DNA of 64,000 nucleotides from Candidatus Altimarinota bacterium (GTDB lineage: Bacteria; Patescibacteriota; Gracilibacteria; JBDHUY01), in the NCBI GenBank assembly GCA_039809385.1, contig JBDHUY010000002.1, positions 64,001-128,000 on the forward strand. Reading direction: 5' to 3'. Made by a program: the position numbers and the translations under genes. Below, in pieces: positions 9,060 to 19,100 of the stretch. The notes beneath the pieces were generated by a model. That model searched no databases. It saw only the letters and a program-made list of their open reading frames with translations, and was not told the origin of the DNA. How positions within the stretch are numbered: the stretch's first letter is position 1; every line of letters begins with the position of its first letter.

Positions 9060-10946
9060 TTGCAGTATAGTAGAAGCATGTATATTTTTATCCACAGGAT
9101 GATTGTTTCCTTGTCGTTTCTACATCGGTTGATTCGAGGTATTCTGCTGTTTTTGATCTTTTTTCTGCCGCTCTTTTTCGGACATTTTTTTGATCTGTTC
9201 GGGTTGCCGGGCGACTGGTTTCATACCAATCTGATTTTTACGCTTCCCAAAGAAGTTCTTTTCGTCATCATTGTGGATATAACTGCCATCCTCTTTATCA
9301 TTTCCTGCTGGCTGTATCCTTCGCAAAAAATGATTCTTCCGGGAAGATCTCTTGCGATCCTTCTGTTGAGCTATATCGGAATCGCGGTGATTGCCACCCT
9401 TGTAAGCGATGTGCCGTTCATCAGCTTCGTGGGATCGTATGAGAAAGGGCAGGGACTGGCTATGCTCCTGCACTACGTTCTGTTTTTCGGCCTACTTCTC
9501 AATCTTTTTACCAAAACCGATCGACAACGATTATTCGGTACTGTTACTATTAGCGCGTTGCTGGTCTCTCTCTATGCGGTTTTACAAGGGCTGGGATTCG
9601 ACCCGCTGAATACAGTCTGGAATAGCTCTACTTTAAACGGCCGGGTTTTTTCGACTCTCGGACATCCCAACTATCTGGCATTATGGCTCGTTATTACATT
9701 GCCCCTCTCTTGTGCCTATTTTTTCCAGGTATTCGTTGCCAAAAAAGTTTTCGGTACTCTGGTGGCTTCGTTATCGGTACTGTTCCAAGTACTCGCGCTC
9801 TTGCTGTCTCTTTCCCGGGCGGCAGTCATTGCCCTGCTGCTAGCTGTAGTACTCGTAGCAGCGATCTACTTGTGGTTTCATGCCCGAAAACGCTGGGTGA
9901 TGATCGCTCTTGCTTTGGGAGCACTTCTTACCATAACAGTCTTCTGGAGCGGGGGAGGCGAGGCATTGCGTTTTAACGAAGCCAACAGCAGTTCTATCAA
10001 TAGCCGGCTGATATTGTGGCAGGATACCTGGCGTATGATTTCGGAACGGCCGTGGCTGGGCTATGGTTTGGACACCTATAGCGTTTTTTTCCCGCGTTTC
10101 AAATCCCGGGAATTGTTATATCTGGAAGACTGGTCGCAAAATGCCGACCGGGCCCATAATTTTATTCTCGATACCGCTCAAAGCATCGGGATAGTGGGGC
10201 TTGTAGCTTTTCTCTCCTTGCTCATCTATCTCAGTTTTCTGGGAATACGAGGACTTAAAGACCGCCAATCCAATTCCGGAGCGGCGTTCATTCTGCTCGT
10301 GACCTTCTGGGCATATCTGGGCGCGAATCTGTTTGGATTTTCGCTTCCTGTGCATGATATGTATTTTTGGCTTCTAGTAGGTTTTTTTGTCCTATTAAAC
10401 GATACCTGGAAACAAAAAAGCGTATGGAGATCGGCTCGATATCTCAGTATTCCTCTTATCGTATTGTTGCTAACCTCACTTTGGTTTTATAGCAATGTAC
10501 TGATCGCGGATCAGGCTTTTTTCCGGGCCATCGCCCGAAATGAAAAAGAGCAGCTGGCGGTGGCGGTAGAACATAATCCTTACTTTCCCGTCTATCTACT
10601 CTCCGCAGGCAAAACCGCTGGATCATATCCCCAGAGCATCTTGGATCAGTTAGCATTTATGACCCGTGGAAAAGACTATCGCTCTTTCCTCTTGGAAGCT
10701 GTGTGGTCGGAACGTAACGGAAAGGCAGAAGAAACTCGAAGTATTTTTGAACAACTTACCCGCGATTTTCCCAATGTGCCTGCTATATGGATCGAATGGG
10801 CTGCTTTCGAGAAACGGCAGAATAACTTTATCCTGTGCGCCGATGTCTTGGATCGTTTAATCGAGATTGTCGATCTTCCGTACGTATCTTCGTTTCGTCA
10901 GGTCTATCGCGAACGGGACGCGTGCAAAATAGAATATAGAAGTTAG
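9060..10946 (+). CDS. O-antigen ligase/polymerase (Wzy_C)-family membrane protein with C-terminal TPR-like region
   Basis: Many TM helices and motifs RVFSTLGHPNYLA, SRAA, SRLILWQDTWRMI.ERPWLGYG, DRAHNFILD. The true start may be 9078 or 9099. Confidence 0.9.
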   Translation: MQYSRSMYIFIHRMIVSLSFLHRLIRGILLFLIFFLPLFFGHFFDLFGLPGDWFHTNLIFTLPKEVLFVIIVDITAILFIISCWLYPSQKMILPGRSLAILLLSYIGIAVIATLVSDVPFISFVGSYEKGQGLAMLLHYVLFFGLLLNLFTKTDRQRLFGTVTISALLVSLYAVLQGLGFDPLNTVWNSSTLNGRVFSTLGHPNYLALWLVITLPLSCAYFFQVFVAKKVFGTLVASLSVLFQVLALLLSLSRAAVIALLLAVVLVAAIYLWFHARKRWVMIALALGALLTITVFWSGGGEALRFNEANSSSINSRLILWQDTWRMISERPWLGYGLDTYSVFFPRFKSRELLYLEDWSQNADRAHNFILDTAQSIGIVGLVAFLSLLIYLSFLGIRGLKDRQSNSGAAFILLVTFWAYLGANLFGFSLPVHDMYFWLLVGFFVLLNDTWKQKSVWRSARYLSIPLIVLLLTSLWFYSNVLIADQAFFRAIARNEKEQLAVAVEHNPYFPVYLLSAGKTAGSYPQSILDQLAFMTRGKDYRSFLLEAVWSERNGKAEETRSIFEQLTRDFPNVPAIWIEWAAFEKRQNNFILCADVLDRLIEIVDLPYVSSFRQVYRERDACKIEYRS

Positions 10947-10956
10947 GAGCTAGAAT

Positions 10957-11862
10957 CTAGGATCTTTCGACTTCTTCTAAAAAGTTTCCCAATGTTACCA
11001 TATACTGTTCTGCTTCCTCCACATGGGCCATATGACCGCTGTTTTCAAAAATAACCGCCCGGGAGTTCTCAATTCCGTTCGTAATCGTTTCGATGATCAA
11101 CGGGGTCGCTTCGTCAAAAGCTCCGGCTGTGAGCAAAGCAGGGAGGCGAACTTCGGAAAGCCGGGCTGTAATATCCCAATCCCGCAGCGTGCCGGTGGCA
11201 AAGAACTCGCTAGGACCCCACATGGTATAGTACACCTCGGGATTTTGCATCAATTTTTCAAACGTACGTGTCAGCGATTCCGGCCAGGGATTCATACGAC
11301 AAATGTGTTTCGTATAAAAGACCATCATGGCTTCCTGGTACTCGGGACTCTCGGTGGTTCCGGCGGCCTCGTGGTTGATCAACACAGCTTGTACCTCGGC
11401 CGGCAATTCGGATCTCAAGCGGGTGGCTTCCCGTATCCATAAGGGGATACTGGAGACCGAGCTGGCAAGCGTCAGGCTCTTTATGCCCGTTTTTTTGCTC
11501 AAAAGGTATTCGAGAGCCAGCATCCCACCCCACGAGTGTCCAAAGAGGTGGACATTTTCCATATGGAGCTGTTTCAACAGATTGGAGAGCTCGTCGACAA
11601 ACAGGGAGATCGTCCAGAGCGCGGGATCGTGCGGCTGATCCGAGTTCCCGCAGCCCAGTTGATCGTAAAAAATAACCTGACGGCCTGTGGCCGCAATGGC
11701 TTCGAGCGGTTCCAAATAATCGTGCGGACATCCCGGTCCCCCGTGGAGGCAGACCAAGGGTAATTTTCGTTCGTCGCTTTGTTCGCCGACGATCCGGTAC
11801 CAGGTTTTGTATTCGCGAAAAGAGACAAATCCCTCAGTTGCGGGAAAATCCGGATCGGTCAT
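10957..11862 (-). CDS. proline iminopeptidase-family alpha/beta hydrolase
   Basis: HGGPG, YDQLGCGNSD, GHSWGG nucleophile, SGHMAH. Confidence 0.92.
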   Translation of the reverse strand: MTDPDFPATEGFVSFREYKTWYRIVGEQSDERKLPLVCLHGGPGCPHDYLEPLEAIAATGRQVIFYDQLGCGNSDQPHDPALWTISLFVDELSNLLKQLHMENVHLFGHSWGGMLALEYLLSKKTGIKSLTLASSVSSIPLWIREATRLRSELPAEVQAVLINHEAAGTTESPEYQEAMMVFYTKHICRMNPWPESLTRTFEKLMQNPEVYYTMWGPSEFFATGTLRDWDITARLSEVRLPALLTAGAFDEATPLIIETITNGIENSRAVIFENSGHMAHVEEAEQYMVTLGNFLEEVERS

Positions 11863-12104
11863 AGAAAAAGGTGTTAGAAAACAACCAGGATTATACGCGC
11901 CTCACGGGGCTACTGCAATGTGGCCGTTTGTGTTTAAAAGCCTTCTAGCAGAGATCAAGATTTCATTATATTGATAGACGTTACGATATATTTTTTGTGT
12001 AGGATATAGAAAACCTGAATACACCGGGGATAAACAGTTTTCCGGTTGAAGTTCATACTTTCCGAGCCTACAATAGAAGACGGGTATTTTTTTCTCGTTC
12101 TTTC

Positions 12105-12818
12105 ATGAAAACTGTTCTCCACCCGGCCGCCGGTCGCGGACACGCCGTATACGACTGGCTGGATACCTACCACACCTTCAGTTTTGCCGGCTACTACGAT
12201 CCCGAGCGTGTCAACTTCGGCCTTTTGAGGGTACTGAACGACGACTTGATCCGCGGCGGTACCGGCTTTGACACCCACACACACGACAATATGGAGATAG
12301 TCACTATCCCGCTGACAGGTGGACTGCGACACAAGGACAGTACAGGGAGCGAAGGGGAGACCAAAAGCGGAGAAATACAAGCCATGAGCGCGGGAATCGG
12401 GGTGACGCATTCGGAAATGAATGCTTCCGGAACCGAGGATTGTAATTTTTTGCAAATCTGGATTTTGCCGCAGGAAAAGGATATTTTGCCGCGCTACCAG
12501 CAAAAGTCATTTGACGCTGCCAAACGACAGAATCGCTTCCAGGAAGTGGTTTCTCCCAAGCATGAAAACCCCGATACCCTGTGGATCAACCAGCAGGCTT
12601 ATTTTTCGCTCGCAGATCTGGAAATCGATACCGAGATCTCCTATCATCTGCACATTCCGACTCACGGAGTATATCTGTTTGTCATCGAAGGATCACTGCG
12701 GATCGGTGATAAAGCTCTTACTCGAGGTGACGGAATGGGAATATGGGATATTTCCGACATTACAATCCGGGCGCTTGAGAAAACCAACCTCTTGCTGATG
12801 GAAGTTCCTATGGAATAA
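12105..12818 (+). CDS. pirin family protein (YhhW-like)
   Basis: WLDTYHTFSFAGYYDP, FGLLRVLNDD, HTHDNMEI, MSAGIGVTHSE, FLQIWILP. Confidence 0.95.
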   Translation: MKTVLHPAAGRGHAVYDWLDTYHTFSFAGYYDPERVNFGLLRVLNDDLIRGGTGFDTHTHDNMEIVTIPLTGGLRHKDSTGSEGETKSGEIQAMSAGIGVTHSEMNASGTEDCNFLQIWILPQEKDILPRYQQKSFDAAKRQNRFQEVVSPKHENPDTLWINQQAYFSLADLEIDTEISYHLHIPTHGVYLFVIEGSLRIGDKALTRGDGMGIWDISDITIRALEKTNLLLMEVPME

Positions 12819-13153
12819 GCGGACACCTTCAGTTAATTCTACAGACTGGTCTTAATGATGATAGAAACATTAAATTCCAAAGAATCGAAATACGAAGGAA
12901 TCCACTGTGGCAGGCGAATATCGAATGGTGCAGGTTACTGATTAAATATTCCTCCACCCTTTTCATAAAACGCAGCATATACGCGTTCCAAACTCTAAAA
13001 AATATCTTAAAAATTTGGACAAAATCCCGCGTTGCAAAGAAGTGTCTTCCTTGTATTCTTTCTTTTTTTATTGTAAAATAATATTGACGCAAATTCTGAC
13101 TTTCGACAAAACGACAGAAATAGCAAACATATACCAAAAATACACAACCAAAC

Positions 13154-16100
13154 ATGAGCGAGATTTTCCGGTTCAAGCGTAAGAGTACTACAACTCTGGT
13201 TTTCGTTCTGTACACGCTAAGTGTTCTTTTGGCCGGACCGGCCGCTGTGAGAGCGCAAGCAAACCCAGCCTTGCCGGAAGTCAAACCGCACGTGCCAGCT
13301 GTGGCAGAACCTGCCCAAGATTCTATCGAAAACTTGAACGACAATATTGACAAAAAAGATCTCCCGGTGGAGAAAACCCAAGATGGCCTGGTGATCAAAT
13401 CCCCGGACACGACCGACTCGCTTTTACTGCTACCCAGTCAATCGGAGCGCGATACCGGTGCGAGTGCGCCACTCCCTCTGCATACCAAAGACGAGGCTAT
13501 TGAACGTGCCTATATGTTTTTGCAGCAGCAAAATACATTTGAGACGTTTCCCAAGGACCTTCCGATTTTTTCCACTCAGGACGGAAAAGACTTTTTTGCA
13601 TTTCTGGAGCAAGCCCGCGAAGCGGGTATCCAGCTAGTAACTAGCGAAGTCATCGAGACCCCCGACCGCTACCGGGTCCGTTTCGGTTTGCGCTGGGACG
13701 GTATACGTATCCTGGGGGAAGAACTTGAAGTTATACTCGATAAACCGACCGGTCAGGTAACGGCTGTTTCGGGAAATCTGCACCGTCTGGTGAAAGACGA
13801 TACTCAAAATTTTGTCAATCCGGTAAGGCAGGCCAAATACGATCTGATCATTACGCTCTTGGATGAACACGCGACAACCACAGGCACCTGGGACGATGCG
13901 ATATCGTTAGCCGAGAAGGTATATTATGTTGTTCCGGACAAGGAGGGAGAGATCCGGCAGGGATACCTGTTTGAAGCAGAACTGCTCTATCCTTTTGGGG
14001 TATGGCAGTATTTGCGTGATGCTACTACCGGACGATCGATATGGAAAAAAAATACCACATTACTCCTGAATGAAAATGAAAACAGTTCGGAACAGGTAAC
14101 CGGATCCGGCACGACGATCCCCGAGAACGAGGTGATCACGATCGTTCCGGCTGCTCCGGAAGTGAATTCGGAAACTTCCGATCTTCCCACAAGCGAAAAG
14201 CCCGAAGACTCTTCCCCCGCAAGTGCCATTTCCGATTTCTCGGGACTCGAAGTACAAACGCTCCTTTCGGGTTTTGCGGTATCCGATAAAGATTTGCTTA
14301 ATACGCTCTTGCTGCCTTTGCCGTTCGTTCAGGTTTTTCTAAAAGACAAGTCCGAACCGCTTCAGGCAGGAGCAGATGGTTCCATAGCAGCTCCAGCTTC
14401 GCGTATTCAAACAGTAAAGCTCGATTCCAAGCAAGTACAAATTATTAACGGAATCGATAACAAAATCCCTCAAATTGACTATACGGCTCTGTCAACCGGC
14501 AGCGGTTCTAATCTTCCCGAAAGGATGGATAGTCCGGTTCTGTCGGCTACCAGTTTTGCTCTTGCCGATACAAACGCCTATTACTATGCGCAGCATTATC
14601 TCGACGAGATTTCCCGTATGACGGGAATAACATCCGCAAAGCAGATCCAGCTTTTCGTTAATTCGCGACTTGCCCGTGAAAACGGTCAACATTGTACCGC
14701 TTTCTCTCTGCCCACCCGTTACCAGATACACTTTGGTTCGTCTGAAGGGTGTCCGGGGCTGAGTTCAGATTTAGCTCTTTCTCCCGACGTCATTTATCAT
14801 GAAATGACGCATATTCTGGTCGAAGGATTACATCCTTTCAGCGAAACGACGCCCGAAGTCGATTGGATGCGGGAAGGCATTTCCGACGGAGTAGCGGCTA
14901 TTCTCAACCAGGATCCGCTCATCGGCGAAACGGTTTTTAAAGATCCGTTGCAGATAGATCGTTTTACATCTCAACCTTGTACCGGCTCGTCGGATATTGA
15001 ATGTCCTGACGGGAAGACTACCGATACGCATACGAACAGCCGGTTGATTAGTTCGGCATTGTGGGAGTTGTATCAAAAAATAGGAAGGAGCGAAACCCTG
15101 GCACTGTTGTTCTCAGCTTTGCAGTACGAAACTAACACGCTTGATGCCCTGGTGATTCATTTGTTATTGGAAGATGACAGCCGCAGTCGGGGAGGTGATA
15201 ACGATATGTTAAACGGAACCCCCCATGCTCAACTGATTCTCGAGACTTTCCACGACCGGGGAATAGGGCCGGGATATCTGAAGTGGCGTCAGATTTTGAC
15301 TACGCAACCGGCTATGGCATTGGATGAAAAATGGTGGAAAACCGAATCCGTGTATAGCGAACGATTACATACTATTCTCGACGGACAGCACCCTGAGACG
15401 GCGTTGGTGAAACAGGAAGAAAACTGGGTATTTTCCTCGGCCAAGGATGCCGATCCGGCTTCAGCTGAGGAATCGACGGATGCCGAACCGACCACAACAA
15501 CGGAACCTGCGTCGGAAAATCTCCCGGCAGCAGAACCCGGAAAAACAGCCCTTGAACAGAATCCTGAGGCTATTGCCAGTTTGACCCGCGAACTGGAAGA
15601 ACGTCAAAAAATTCAAACTATCTTTGGCGATACCATGCAGGAGGGGTTTGTATACCAGATAAAAAACGAGCAAATACATTTTATACCCCAGTTCCTTCAA
15701 AACGAAGTAACCGCGGGACAAAAGACAGAAGAGGGCAATCTGGTTTTTGCCGACAATGATCTGGATGTCTTGTATCAATACGATAGTACCAGCCGGCGTT
15801 TGAAAGAAGTACTGGCCATAGAAAAACTTCCGCAGCAAACAGCTGACAGCACACAGCTCACTGTCGCTGGCACAGAGTCAACGATGACCGGGTCTGGAAG
15901 TCTGATCGAAAGTGATCAACTTACCAGTCAGCAAACATCCGGATCGGGGAGTATATTACCAGATTTTGTAGAGAAAAGAGACGACGGGAGCAGAAATTTA
16001 CGCTTTTCCTGGACGGTAGAACGTGATAAGTCTCATTTGATAAAAAGTGGCTCGGAGGTCTTTGTACGGGATGAATTCGGGAACGATCTGCTCAAAATCG

Positions 16101-19100
16101 AAGCCCCCTTTTATCTGGACAAAGACGGACAGCGCCACGATGAGAATATCAGGTGGAATATAGGCGGAGACGAAACGGAAGTCTCAGACCGTCATACACT
16201 GACGCTGGAAATTCTGAATCCCGACCCGGATAGTTTTCCGATTCTGGTCGACCCGACCGTGATCAACGACTGGAGTTTCGTCGATCAGAATGCTTCGAGC
16301 GGTTTGAATTACGATGCTACAAAAGAAGCCCAGTTTCCACAGCTGGTAGATTTCCAGGGAGCTCTATATGCGATTTGGCGCGAGACTAATTCGGCAGGAG
16401 ATTCTCATATCCGTGCGAAACGTTTTAATGGCAACAGCTGGGTATTTGTCGATGGAGGAGGGGGAAACGGGCTGAACTTTGACGTGATCCGTGATGCGCT
16501 TAGCCCTCATGCTGTTGTATTTGGCAATGCTCTTTATGTTACCTGGTGGGAGCAAACTGCCAGTGTATATCAGATCCGGGTAAAAAAATATGACGGAACT
16601 ACTTGGAGTTTTGTCGATGGAGGAGGAGCTACCGGTATTAATCAGAATACGGCACGGAATGCCTACCGTCCCTCTCTGACAGTGTACAACGGCCTTTTAT
16701 ACAATACCTGGTCAGAAGAAAATGCTTCCGCCGTTCTTCAAATCCGCGTCAAAAAATATGATGGTGTCTCTTGGACGACAGCCGATGGTGGCGGCGCTAA
16801 TGGGATCAACCAGGATACGACCAAATCTGCCGAACGCTCTAGTCTAACCGTTTATGGTACGATGCTTTATAATATCTGGATTGAGCCGAATGGTTCGGGA
16901 GTAGATCAGATCCGCGTCAAAAAATATGATGGTGTCTCTTGGACGACAGCCGATGGTGGCGGCGCCAATGGGATCAATCAAGATACCGGACGTAATGTTA
17001 CCTTCGAAAATCCGTTTATGGTTCCGTCCGGGATATATCTTTATGCGACATGGGCTGAACAAAACCCTTCAGGAATATCGCAAATCCGTGTAAAGCAGTA
17101 TGATGGTACATCCTGGATTTCCGTAGATGGAGGAGGCGTAAACGGATTGAATTATGATACGGCCAGAAATGCCGATGGTACAAACCTGCAGCATTTTAAC
17201 AATACCTTGTTTCTAGGATGGAAAGAAACGGATGCCGGGGGGATTGATCATGTTCATGTAAAGCGGTATAGCAGTGGTAGCTGGATATTCGTAGACGGAG
17301 GTGACAGTACAGGTCTCAATATCAGCTCAATCACAAATGCCCGCGAACCAAGAATGGCACTTTTTGGCAACGCGCTCTATTTGGGAGTTGAAGAAGAATC
17401 TTCCTCTTTAGTATATCAGATCCGTGTCAGAAAATATGACGGCAATACCTGGTATCTGGTCGATTCTCCCATATCTTCAGGGACCCAAAATACCGGCTGG
17501 CTCAATCTGACAACATGCAGCAATAATACTGGAACCGGTACTGCCGCCTGGGGAACCACGGCCAATGCTCTTGCCTCGGACAATGCATATAGCAGTGCAA
17601 CGTTGGGAGCAAGCGTTACGTCGAATTATCTGGTATGCACTACGCCGTCGGGAGTTTCCATTCCTTCGGGGGCCGGAATCACGGGGATTGAGGTTAATGT
17701 CGAACGATCGAGTAGTAGCGGCGCAGTCGGGGTCAATATTCTGGACAATGCGGTATATCTCGTCAAAAATAATGTAATTCTCGACAACTTAAACAAAGCG
17801 CAGGCTACAGTCTGGACAACAGGTGATACCGTGATTACTTACGGCAACAGCGCGGATCTTTGGCAAAACACTTGGAAAGTTTCTGATTTTTCAGGCGCTT
17901 TCGGAGTAGCGTTTTCCGCTAAAAATACCGGAACCGTTTCGGCCAACGGCAGAGTTGACCACATTCAGATTCGTATCCACTATACCCAAGATTTTGACAA
18001 AGGGTTAAACAAGGATGCGACCAAAGACGCGTACAATCCCGAATTTGCTACGTATAATAGCGATCTGTACGCAACCTGGTACGAGCACAATGCTTCGAGT
18101 ATCGGGCAGATCCGTCTGGCCCGCTATGATGGCATCCAGTGGACATTTGTTGACGGGAATGGCACAAACGGCTTGAATATTGACGTCAGCAAAGATGCCC
18201 AGTCGCCGCATCTGGCTGTGTATAACGGATTGCTTTATGTAACCTGGAGTGAGGCGGATAGTGTAAGCTCTATCCAACAAATACGTGTCGGAGCTTTTGA
18301 CGGGAGCGGGTGGGAGATCCTGGACGGGGGAGGTGTCACCGGGCTTAATGTTGATGTAAGTTCTCCGGCATATACACCGCGTTTTCAAGTGTACAATGAT
18401 CAAATATTTCTGTTATGGTCGGAACATTTTACCGACACCATAGACGGTCCCGTATATCATATTCGGGCCAAAGCTTCCGACGGTATCGATAACTGGTATC
18501 AGGTCGAGCCGGGAAACGGTATTAATCAGGATAATTTTTATAGCGGTGAATTTCCCCATATGGCAGTGTATAATGACACGCTGTATGCCATATGGACGGA
18601 AAGCAACTTAACGGATAGTATCAAATTGATAGCTAAACAGTATAATAATGATGAAACATGGAGTTTAACCAATGATATAGCCGGATTACAGCAGTCTGGC
18701 GGATATACCTATCCATCCAATCCCGACCTGGCCAGCTATGACGGATACCTCTATGCTATCTGGTCGCAAACGAACGCATCGCTTTCGGCGCAACATATTC
18801 GGGTGAAACGGTATGACGGAACAACCTGGTCGAGTTTTGATACCAGTAACACGTCGGTGGTATATATCGCCGATACTTCAAATAATCGTATACAACGCTG
18901 CCGTCCGAATACGACGTGTACCGTTTACGCTTCAGCCGGTGCCTCTCTGGGGCAGGTCAATGCCCCGCAGGGCGTTGCCGTCTACAATTATGATACCGTG
19001 TATATCGCCGATACCACGAATAATCGTATACAAAAGTGTACCGGATCTACGCCTACCTGTGCCCTTTATGCGGGTGCTGGAACTGCTTTGGGACAAGTAA

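Noticed and set aside
16742-16986. DGR template/variable repeat pair
   Set aside because: Both copies are in-frame repeats of one gene, the differences are synonymous rather than adenine-specific, and there is no reverse transcriptase in the window.
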